Source: Cenococcum geophilum
Lineage: Eukaryota
Length of the DNA stretch: 64,000 bases
NCBI GenBank assembly: GCA_050273025.1
Contig: CP158635.1
Coordinates: forward strand, 23,622,001 to 23,686,000
Reading direction: 5' to 3'
The notes beneath the pieces were generated by a model. The model worked only from the letters and a program-made list of their open reading frames with translations, was not told where the DNA came from and made no database searches. Every line of letters begins with the position of its first letter. Positions within the stretch are counted from its first letter, which is position 1. Position numbers and translations under genes: made by a program. Below are positions 43,113 through 53,449 of this stretch, piece after piece.

Positions 43113-43450
43113 TAGTAAAATCTCCTTAATACGATATAGGGTATATAACGATAACCTTTAAATTACGATCTACACCCCTTAATTAAGCCTTTTTTGGTGT
43201 AATATTACGATAATCTAACTTTTAGCAATATCGTTAAGCACCTACTACCAATATCGGTATAACCAGTAGAGAATTTATATGGGAGAGGGCCCTATTTAGC
43301 CCGCGAGGTAGATATCCTAAGCCTTTTTAGGTATTAAGCTCCTCTTTTTCCTACTTATTTCCCTAATACGTAACTCTTAATATAACAATACTATTGGTAT
43401 TACGATACGCTCGGCCGAACAAACAGTATCGTACTAAAGAGATTTTACTG
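43113..43450. mobile_element. Non-autonomous Tc1/mariner-pogo type MITE (338 bp) in D'
   Basis: ~24-bp TIRs TAGTAAAATCTCCTTAATACGATA / TATCGTACTAAAGAGATTTTACTG; TA TSD at 43111-43112 and 43451-43452; absent from D (~15779). Confidence 0.92.
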
Positions 43451-43635
43451 TAGCTTCTTTCTATATAGCTTTTAAGAGCCTTATAGCAGCTTCCTAATAT
43501 CTATTTTAAAGATAATTGGTTTAGGGCTTTTAACTTTCTAACCTTAGCCTTAGGGAAGCTCTAGCTATATAGGTAGTATTAGTACTAGTAGCTAGTATAG
43601 ATTTCCTAACAAGGCTTAGGCCTTAAGTTAGTAGT

Positions 43636-43822
43636 TATTATAGCATTGTAACGGATCTAGTTAGGGGGCTCGCTTAAGCCTTGGTATATATATATATAGA
43701 CGTATCCTTTTCCACCTTCTGCCCCTTATCTTAATATCTAAGTCTATAGATATTCCAATTATATAGGCTTGCGCTCGTTATATTACAGTGCTAGAGTCTT
43801 AATTAACTAAGTCGCCATAATA
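43636..43822. mobile_element. Solo LTR (187 bp) in D'
   Basis: Termini TATTATAGC...GCCATAATA (=TGTTATGGC/GCCATAACA); TSD GTAGT (43631-43635 and 43823-43827); internal TATA run; absent from D. Confidence 0.88.
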
Positions 43823-44850
43823 GTAGTTAAATTAGATTACCTAAAAGGGTAGGCCTATTTAGCTTATAAGTAGTTTATATACCGCCACTATACTAATTAT
43901 AGGCTAGTAGTCTTCCGGAAGGGTTCTAGTTAGATCCCTAGTTAAATACATTAATATATTTCTCTAGCATTTCTAGCTTAGGGGAAAATCTTAAAGTCGC
44001 CTCTAGCGCTTAATCTTTTAATTGGCCTAGGTAGGGCTAAAGGGGCTCTAGTTACTTTCTAGCGGCGTTATAACCGTTATAGAGGGTATCTACGTTTTCC
44101 TTAACGGTAACTATAGGTATATAAGAGTCTTTAAGCTTCTAGAGTATCTAGGTATTAGCTTATTTAGCCATCTTACCTAGAGGTTTATATTATCGCAATC
44201 TTTTACTATTAAAGGAACCTTCCTACCTTAATGCGACGGCTTTTTATAAGGTATCCGTAGAGTTTCCGTTTAGGTTATCGCGAGATTTTTAAAGTAGAAT
44301 AGTAGTTATAAACAAAAGATATAAATCAATAATTTAGTCCTTAAGCTAGCTACCCTTTTAAATAAAGTATAAAGGATTTAAATATAAGGGGACTTTATAG
44401 ACAGGGGGCTATAAGGACACGATTGTAGAATAGGATAGATTGGTAAGAGAGATCAATTCTTAAGGAGGTAAGGCCTTTAGGATTATAAAGACTATATACT
44501 ATAGGTATATACCTCTAGTACGTAACCAGTAACTATTTAAGGGGCGTTTAGGGGTTATCTAAAGGGCAACCCAAGATGTCTATAATAATATCCCTTATAT
44601 AGTCTTTCTGTTTAACAAGCTTTTAAATAGAGGCTTTGGCGGTATATTTGTCGCTTATATTAGCGGGGCTTTATATTATAGGTAGTTTATAGTAGGCAGT
44701 CTGTAAGCCTTATTAAGATAATATTATTAGATTAGTTTCCTTTATAGAGAGCGTTTATATAGTATAGGCTTTTAACTTAATATAATTCTTAGCTAGTATA
44801 GGTAGTTTTAATAAGCTACTTTTAATCCGCTACTAATACGGATATTATAA

Positions 44851-45483
44851 TAATAATAATAATTCATTGCTTAACGTCCGATTCGGATCCCTATTGGGCC
44901 CACGCGGACTACTCCTTATTTACATGTGGGGAGAAAACTCTATTTAAGAAAAATGAGAAAACCCCGTAATCCATCTCCCCGCCTTTTGGGACTCGCCTAC
45001 TTAGCGCCTGCGAGTCGCCTATGGTGCTCTACTACCTTACTGTTTAACCTCCTTGGGAACCACTGCTGCCGTAATAAGCCTACGGACGCGCTAGTATCAC
45101 AAACTATTACTCTACTACTGTAGAGTTACTAGGGGGCACCTGCTGCTCGCCCCCTTGCCTTCTATTACCATTTCCCTTGCAACCCGGAACTGATTTAGCA
45201 CATTTTAACTAATAAGCCACTGGGTGACCGCCTTGAGGCCTTTTTATGTTAAGAGCAGTGTATTATAGTTTTCTGTGCCAGCTGCTAAGAGCATTGTTTC
45301 TTAATTGGTGCGTAGGGGGCATAGCAGTATTACGTGTTTTGGTGTCTGTCTTGGCCAGCCACATTCGCATCTCGGGCTACCTACTGGGACACCCACCCAG
45401 TAAAGCCAATCTTTTAGTCCTATTATTCCTGTTCTTAAGAGTGTTGCTATTGTGTTTTCTGCCTTTGTTAGGCCTTCTCGGAG
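44851..45483 (-). mobile_element. 5'-truncated Tad1-like LINE (C-terminal CCHC finger, 3' UTR and (ATT)n tail)
   Basis: ORF 45301-45486 reads LLRTGIIGL..CECGWPRQTPKHVILLCP, the LINE ORF2 zinc knuckle. (TAA)n tract at ~44848-44863. 14-bp TSD YACGGATATTATAA at 44837-44850 and 45484-45497. Confidence 0.92.
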
Positions 45484-45857
45484 CACGGATATTATAAAGC
45501 TTTGTTCTTAAGACTCTATCGTTTTATAATAATAATAGAAAGGTTATTTACTAAATAAGAGGTCCTCCTAAGCCTTTAATGCCGCTATTTAATTACGGAC
45601 TATGTTAGGCTTATCCTTGGTAGGATCCTCTTATATATTTAGCGTAGAGTCCATTAGCAGCTACGTAGCTATTTATTATAGGGGTTTAGCGTTATAAGTT
45701 AGTAAATATTTACCGACTTCTATTAACGCTCATATAGTAATATTATAATAGCAATTATCGTAATAATAATAAAGCAATTAGATTTAGCTTATTAGGCGCG
45801 AACCTTAGCTTATAATCTGTTAAATTAAGGTTATAGAGCTAAAACTCTGTATATTAC

Positions 45858-45896
45858 TTTTTTTCTCTTTTTCTTTTTTTTCTTTTTCTTTTTTTT
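45858..45896 (-). repeat. Poly(T)-rich tract, possibly the poly(A) tail of another minus-strand retroposed insertion
   Basis: T run interrupted by C, followed by ~200 bp of less RIP-affected sequence; no TSD found. Confidence 0.35.
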
Positions 45897-46619
45897 AAAT
45901 ATCCATTGTATTATACTACGTACAATACTGCGCATGCAGCCTCTAGGCTATGGCGCTATAGTTCTATATACATAAATCCTTCCTAGGCAGCTTAACATGT
46001 ACTAGTAGCTAAGTGGATACTCTGGCCCGTTTTAAATACTAGGGGAGCTCCTAGCCTATTAGTGTCTTATTTTGGTATTTTGCTCACTACTATCTAATTT
46101 ATACCAAAATCGCACTAAAGAAATCCTGGCTCTTTTATCTATTTCTGCCGTATTCTGCCGTTCCTAGAGTAGAAAAAGCGCTCTAAAAGGTAGATTTTAA
46201 GACTGTTTTGCGTATAAGAACTAAAGGCGTACATAGTTTGCCAGCTTAAAGACAACTACCAGTTATTCCTATACGACTTTTTATCCTGTACCCTATTTCT
46301 CTTCCTTGCTAAAGAAAAGGGTAGGGAATTAGTAATTAGTAGGTACTCTCCCCAAAAGTAACCTATTAATCCTAGATTTACGTTCTAGAAAACGGGTATT
46401 TTATAAGGGCGAACCTCGTTACGTAAACCTACTCCCATAGGAAAATTTTCACGAGGTTGTCTTGTATAGGGTATAAACACCAATTCGCCTATACACCTTA
46501 TATTTTACGTGCTAAAGTAACACGGGCCGGCCCCTTTCCCCCTACTATAGCTACCCTTGGTGCATCTGCGGTATGCTTATAGTGTGGTATTATGTGGTAT
46601 ATTGTGGTGGTGGTAGTGG

Positions 46620-46980
46620 TTGTAGTAGAGGTCGTCTACGGCAATGGCCATAGACTGGTTGTGGTAGAGGTCGTCTACAGTAATGGCTATAGACTTGTTG
46701 TGGTAGAGGTCGTCTACAGTAATGGCTGTAGACTTGTTGTGGTAGAGGTCGTCTACAGTAATGGCTGTAGACTTGTTGTGGTAGAGGTCGTCTGCAGTAT
46801 AACGGCTGTAGACTAGTTGTAGTGAGGTCGTCTGCGGTGGCGTCTACGGTGTCTACGGTGCATCTGCGGCGCCCTTGCCGTGCGGTAGACTGGCTGTCTG
46901 CGGTAGACTAGCTGTAGGGAAGGTTGTCTATGGTAGACTGGTTGTAGGGAAGGTTGTCTATAGTAGACTGGTTGTAGTGG
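46620..46980. repeat. Tandem repeats: 39-bp unit x ~5, then 30-bp unit x ~3
   Basis: GTAGAGGTCGTCT recurs at 46625, 46664, 46703, 46742 and 46781; GTAGACTRGYTGTAG recurs every 30 bp at ~46900-46980. Confidence 0.9.
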
Positions 46981-47639
46981 AATGGTTGCGGTGGTAACGC
47001 GTCGCGGTGACGCGTCTTTAGGGGCTATATAGCCAGCGACGCCCTAGCGACGACGGCGGAGGAGCAAAGGTAGACGACTTACTTATTTTCTATATAGGTA
47101 GTTAAAGAGATTTTAAGGAACTTCGACTGCCGGCAATGTATCCGACAGTTAGCTAGCTACGAGCTTCAGCTTTTATAGCAAACTAACTGCGTCAATTAGA
47201 CAGCTTACTGTCCGCTAACTATAAGGTAAGGTACGCTAACTATTACGCTATTAGCTAGCTGTCCTAATTAGGAAAGTGGTATAGACTTTATAGTATTTTA
47301 TTGCGGGTTTTTAGCAGCACCTCTTTATATATAAATATTAACGTTACCTAATTAAATCTAACCCCAATTTACCTAATATAGTATTTAAATATAGCTAAAT
47401 TCGTCCTACGTACTTATAGAGGGTTAAAAAGGTAGAACATTTAGTAGTAATATTAGTGACAAGATTAGAAAAAAGGCATTAATAAGGGCTTTGGAGGCTC
47501 TATTTCTATATTAGATTTAATTTAATATAAATTTCTATTAAATATATCTTACTAAGCTAGCTTTTCTACCTCTATAGTTAGCTTAAAGCTAATAAGATTA
47601 ATATCCAAGCTTATTAACTAAGGTAGTTAAACCTTTATT

Positions 47640-49068
47640 AGAGTTAATATAGTCAATTAAACTGCTTAATAAAAGGCCTTTGATTAACCACCATTTTTAA
47701 CATTAATCTACGTTAATTGTATTAGCCAATAGTTAATTACGCCTATTAGTAATAATCCTTTTAGCTTAGCTAAAGGCTTATTTATATATAAAGCTTATTA
47801 CTAGTATAGAGAATAGATTAAGGGTAATCTTAGCAAGTATTGGATAAAGGATTTAACCGATTTTAAGCCACTAGTTAAGAGGATTAGGAATAATATTATT
47901 CCGCTTATTACTATTATTAGAATAGATCTTAATAAGCTTAAGGCTTATATTATAGTAGTAGTTAAGCTTACTAGCGAGCTTAATACGCTTTTAATTGCGC
48001 TTTAAAAAAGTAAGGCGCTTATCTATAACTAAGGACTATATATATTTATCAGCTAAATTATTATTAGATTTATAAGAAACCTTTCTACGTTATAGCTTAG
48101 CTGGTTCCTTATCTTCCTTATCTACTTACTTATTAATATAGTTATTAAATAAAGTCTCTATATACCGCTCGGCGTGCTTCTACTATAGGGGCTACCGTTT
48201 CCACTTATTACAAAAGTAGACGCGTTTAAGAGATAGATAAAGAATTACTACGGCAAAATAGTAAGGGCTCTCGGCCTTTATTTTATTAAAATATTTATTA
48301 ATTTTTTAGATAGCTATATTAAAGCCTAATCTAAAAAAGGAGTCGCGTTTATTTTTAAGGCTTTACTAAGTTCGCTAGAGGATTTAATAGAGTAGCTCTA
48401 TGTTAGTAATTAACTCCTATAGAGCGCTATATAAGCCTTTAATACTAAAACTATTAGCGTCGCCTTTTATACACTTGATAGCTAATATAAAAGGCTTTAA
48501 AATCTTAATAAGCTACTCTACTTACTACTAATCTTTATTAGTAAGCGCGTCCTATAATAGATTATAGCTATTATTAGCGGCCTTCCTCTAAGCTAATAGA
48601 TATTTATCAATTGCTTTATAAAGAAGGTGGGCATAGCAAATTATAAAGTAGGTTAAATTCTACTAAACGCCTTTATCCTTAATAAGTAGAAGCTCTACTT
48701 AATTAAAGAGCTCGTTTTTAATATAGGCCTTAGCCTAGTTCTTAGTAAAATCCTTACGGCGTCTTATTAATTATATAATATATTTAATAATATTATAAAC
48801 CTTGCCTATAGAGCCTCTTTACTATATAAGATTAAATTTAATATACTCGCTCGCACTAATTATTAAGCGTTTAAGCTTACTTACGCCTTTGCCGTATATT
48901 AAAGCCTTAATAATAAAGTTAATAATATAGCTACGTTAGGAAAACGGGAGAGTAGTAGGGGCTAGCTAGGGGCTAGCCCGGGGCTAGCCCGGGGTCATTT
49001 CCGCTGGATCCGCTGATCTACTTATGTACACTTTTTTACGCTAGCCCGGGGCCACTTTAGCAACCTTA
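47640..49068 (-). mobile_element. hAT-family (Restless-like) DNA transposon, internally deleted and RIP-degraded
   Basis: Minus strand de-RIPs to HIIN..VKALIYG (~48930-48890), GKVHNIVKY (~48800), VRWNSTYFMI.RA (~48670-48630) and the dimerisation domain LDLFSMPAMSS..ERAFSQAKRIITDRRNRL (~47820-47730). Subterminal GCTAGCCCGGGG repeats at 48960-49052; putative terminus TAAGGTTGCTAAAG at 49068. Opposite terminus not found. Confidence 0.88.
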
Positions 49069-49074
49069 TATCTT

Positions 49075-49715
49075 AAAATTATAATATTTCCTATGACCGT
49101 AATAGTTGCAATATTTCCCATAACTGCAATATTCATAATATTTCCCGCGACTATAATAGTTACAATATTTCCTACGACTGCAATATTTACAATATTTCCC
49201 ACAACTGTAATAGTTGCAATATTTCCCACAACTGCAATAGTCGCAATATTTCCCATAACTGCAATAGTCGCAATATTTTCCACGACTGCAATAGTTGCAA
49301 TATTTCCCACGACTGCAATATTTATAATATTTCCCACGACTGCAATAGTCGCAATATTTTCCTTAACTGCAATAGTTACAATATTTCCCACGGCTGCAAT
49401 AGTCGCAATATTTTCCACGACTGCAATAGTCGTAATATTTTTAACGACTGTAATAGTTGTAATATTTCCCACAACTGCAATGGTCGCAATATTTTCTACG
49501 ACTGCAATAGTTATAATATTTCACACGACTGCAATAGTTGTAATATTTATAATGTTTCCCATAATTGTAATAGTCGCAATATTTCCTATAGCCACAATAG
49601 TCGCAATATTTCTTATAACTGTAATAGTTATAATATTTCCCATAACTATAATACTATAACTGCAATAATCGCAATATTTTTTATAACTATAATAATTATA
49701 ATATTTTATATATAA
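49075..49715. repeat. 27-bp minisatellite, roughly 23 units (consensus TTTCCCACGACTGCAATAGTCGCAATA)
   Basis: Periodicity directly visible; each unit contains a CGACT-N5-AGTCG inverted repeat; units decay towards both edges. Confidence 0.95.
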
Positions 49716-49789
49716 AAAAAAATTATTATATAATAATTAGAAAGAAAGTAAAATATTATCTATATACCTTAAGGAAGTAACTATATATC

Positions 49790-51740
49790 TAGGTCGTTAT
49801 CTTTAGGCAATCCTAGCCTTATTTTAATATTGCTATTTCCCTTTTACTGCACAGACTTTAAAAATACGTTAAATCTGCTATTATCTAGTAGCTTTTCCCT
49901 CTTTCTAAGAGTATACTAAAGAAAATCTTCTTCTTTAACGCCTAGCAAGTTTCGTAATCTATTTAGTGTTATTATATACAGTATATTAAGTATATGTAGT
50001 TTATTATCCAAGTTATAGTACTAAGCAACCCTAAAGCAAGAAGCCTTATGGTTTTAGGTAGGCGGGCTGTCTATAGTTATTAGCGGCGAAGAGACTAAGG
50101 TTAAGCGTGAAGTGCCCTAGTTAAGTTATTAATATAATATTTAGAAATGTGCTTTTGCTTACCCTTTAATTTAAACCCAAATCTTTACTCCTCGCTAGCG
50201 TTACCTTATCTATATAAGCAAAAGAGGAAGAACTAGTAGGCCCTAAGTTATCGCTGCTAGAGATAAAAAAGCCATCTATTGCTGAGAACTTAAACTTGTA
50301 CTGGGTTATGTATGGCTTAAGCTTATCTAGATTATTAGTGTTGTCTGTGTATAGATTATATACTATATATATATTGTTAACTAGGTTGCTAGTCTTATAT
50401 ATCTGCTTTTAAATAAGACTAGCTATTACCTATAGTAGTTTAGCCTTTCTATTGGAAGCTTACGCGTCCTATATCTTCCAAATTCAATAGTACGTTACTT
50501 TGTAAATTAGTATCTTATAATATATATATAGATTAGAGTATTACTCGTACCGTTTAGTTCTCCTATTATATCTACCTTAACTATTTACCGCGGACCTCCC
50601 TCTTTATATTTGGTGAGTGCATGTTAAATATAAGTAGTAATTAGTATAACAGTATAAGCCGAAAGTAGGTGGAAATACTTAGATATCTAAGGATGTAAAG
50701 CTAGGCCTTTTAAGTTCGGGTTAAAAAAGTATTAAGTAATACACTTAATAATCACGGGTGCTGCAAATCGTTGTTTCCCCTTTTGTTATTAGTAGGTAAA
50801 CTTTAGGAGTATATAGTAGGGCTTATAAGCTTTAGATATGCGCATGCAAATACATCGTCTTTAAGTAGTTAAAAGACTAGAGCTTGGGTATCTAGTATAT
50901 TAAGGAACGGATAATGTATATATACGACTGTATAAATATTACTTAGAATATGGGATCTAAAGTCGCTAACGCAGTTAAATAACTATAGTTTTGCGACATA
51001 TACTGTGTTAGTATTACTTTAAATATTGCTAGTAGGAGGTATAGATTTTAGAGACTTGCCCTATAAGCTTCTTTTGGTTTGGGTAGAGGCCGAATATCAT
51101 TAAATATACGCCCCCGATTGTTTAAACCAGCCTTTCGCTAAGCATCAATAATTAGTGCATTTAGGCCCGACTTCTATCTTTCTAGCTATAGAGAGAGCCT
51201 ATAGGAAGGATTAAAGTGGCCTATTATAACTATAGCCTGCACAAGCAGCTTAGTATGGGCTAGTATAGGTGCGTATATAGGTGTAGAGTTAAACTCGGCC
51301 CGCTATTATACTCCCTGCTAAAGTAGTTCTAGTTCGTATCTCGATTATTTTATACCGTTAGTGCTTCCGTCCTCGGCAGTGCTTAGTTGACAATAGCATT
51401 TATTAGGCAATATATCACGATAACCCTATATACGCAGGTAAATAGTTAATCTATATGCTAGGTGTATAGGCCTTACTATTTTCTAAACTAATGACTTAGA
51501 ATAGGTGGCAAATTTAAGCTTATGCTAAGTTATATTAGTCCTGCGGCGAGTGTCTTAAGGGCGATAGGGGTGTAGTAGAATCTCATTACTATCGGATTTG
51601 TCCTCGGGTATACGCTAGTCTTTCTAAGCTTGCTGATACTATAGGCTCTATCTTATTAGCTATATGGCACTGCTATAAAGCGGATATAGGTCGCACCTGG
51701 CTGCTAGACGCTGCAATAACCTATATATTGGATGATTTGG
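49790..51740 (-). pseudogene. RIP-inactivated gene with a DUF6532-like domain
   Basis: 50780-50600 de-RIPs to GKQRFAAPVIIECIAQYFFNPNSKGLALHPQISEYFHPLSAHTVILIATCIQHALTEYKEG, resembling the DUF6532 pattern as I recall it. Intron-like GTACGA...CTAAT..AAG at ~50550-50498. Gene limits approximate. Confidence 0.55.
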
Positions 51741-52019
51741 CTATAATAGAGAATAGTATTGGTTTAATATATTGGTGTTAAAGATATATTTAATGGCCCA
51801 TAAAAAGAGTACCAATGTAGATTGTTAATAAGAGAGAGGAGAAAAGTAAAAATTGCAAAGGGGCTCTTTAATTTTAAGACTTACTTACTTAGGTTAAGCC
51901 ATTTAGTATATCTAGCCGAGCTAGCATATATACGTAACCGTGTATATATTAATACTATATTAGAAATATTAGGTATATAAAATATAGCATAGTACGCGGG
52001 ATAGTTAGTATAATATAAA

Positions 52020-53180
52020 TATAATATTAGGCCCTTGGTTTTTTTTTCTTAGGCTAGACAGAGGTCTCCCGTTTCTACTTTAACTTATTACTTACTAATT
52101 CTACTTTATATATAGAAACCGTTGGCCTAAGTGTACTACTAATTTCCCGTACAGATGCCCTTAAACCCCTAGGCCTAGAATAGTTCCTCTCTAACTCTAG
52201 TTATATTCCCGGTAGCTTTAATAATAAATTGCTTATAACGGCTTATAGTGTAATAGTTTCGATATATATAGGTATGGTAGCCAGGTATAGTGTGCCTATT
52301 TAAATGCGTTAGAATATTTCCAATATTGTTAAAATTGCTCGTATAATCTATCTTACCTTAGTCTTTATATCTTACTGTGAAATAAAAACAATTAAGTCCT
52401 TTAGTATACATTTCATCCATAGCAGCCCTCTAGGTCCATTTGGTAAGAACTTTCATCTCCCTTCCTTAGCTATTATAATAGAAAATTCTATATTTTATAG
52501 AATTAAAGCCAATATCTTTTAAGAGTACACTAGTAAATAGACTAAAGTTTAGATCGGTCAACGTAATCTTATTATCTGGTATACTACCGGCCGTAAAGTA
52601 TCTACAACTATACAGCATTTCCCGGCTATCTCCTTCGCAGACTACTTTAGTTTGCACCGTCCCGAATATAAGGCTATTCCAAGCAACTAACTCTAGGTTT
52701 TCTTTACTTAGCTAGCGTATATTAGTTAATTTAAGACAATACGCAACGGACTTAATTTATGCTAAGGTTGTTACTCTATCTAATACTTAACGCTTCCGAT
52801 TGTTGTTACATTTTTAGGCGATTATGGATAGACACCTACTCTACTAAGGTTCTGGTATGCCTATAAAAACGGTAGGAAATGATTTAATTACATTGCGAAA
52901 CACCTAATTAAGTCTTAACCGGTTCCCGACCTTATTTAGTTATAAACTAAGCATTTAAATGTCTGTAAGTCCCTGTTCCATAGTAAAATAAATGTCGCTA
53001 TATAATATTTTATTAATTTTTAGGCTTAGGTAGATAAACTTTACTAACTAGTTCTTTATTGTGTGGGCCTTATATACTAAAGAAAGCGACATAGGTTCGG
53101 ATTACTGTTTTATTTACGCTTAAATGCCCAGTATAGTGCTGTCGATTGTCGTTAGATTATTTATAGTAGTTATTATAATT
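52020..53180 (-). pseudogene. RIP-inactivated hypothetical gene with a basic, NLS-like C-terminus
   Basis: Contains ORF 52466-52657; de-RIPed LTDLDFSLFTSVL..DIGFDS..RIFY....REMKVLTKWTWRAAMDEMY. Intron GTAAGA...CTAAC..TAG at 52375-52296. Ends KRKRETSVQP.KKTKG. Confidence 0.55.
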
Positions 53181-53449
53181 AAGCGTAAGGGAAAAGGAGT
53201 TATATAGCGGCTAAACCTAAATAGGTATATCTACCGATTATTTATAATATTCGCAATATATTATATTTATTACTTCTCTTATAATATTTATATATATGCA
53301 ATAACTGTAACATCTTTATCATATATACTTAGAGCTAGGTATTATAAAATATATTATAATTAATATACTGCAGAGGCAGTGCCTGCTTAGCTAGTGGTAC
53401 TAATTAAGCCAATTAAATACATAGAAGAAACCGTTTATTCCCTACTATA

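Larger units (their letters stand above)
37851..44599 (-). mobile_element. Inverted second copy of the D family (D'): 3'-truncated, ~2.1-kb internal deletion of integrase core and chromodomain
   Basis: Reverse complement of D from ~37126 back to the 5' LTR (44383-44599). At ~38470 it jumps from D ~36650 to D ~34495. It lacks the E and F insertions and has three insertions of its own. Confidence 0.93.

Noticed and set aside
44926..45497. Plus-strand 65-aa and 83-aa ORFs
   Set aside because: Antisense to the LINE fragment.
44600..45857. RIPed sequence flanking the LINE insertion
   Set aside because: No recognisable motifs or termini on either strand; left unannotated.
46592..46816. Val-rich 74-aa ORF
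   Set aside because: Translation of a 39-bp tandem repeat; the coding frame, if any, cannot be determined.
47300..48930. Possible plus-strand pogo-like transposase or Starship DUF3435 captain
   Set aside because: The minus strand gives clear hAT motifs (RWNSTY, ERAFS); I found no tyrosine-recombinase motifs.
49041..49659. 143-aa and 188-aa ORFs on opposite strands with 9-residue hydrophobic repeats
   Set aside because: Both arise from a stop-free 27-bp minisatellite; no evidence of a gene.
49075..49715. CRISPR-like appearance (27-bp repeat with internal dyad)
   Set aside because: Units are head-to-tail with no unique spacers, no cas genes are present, and the context is eukaryotic.
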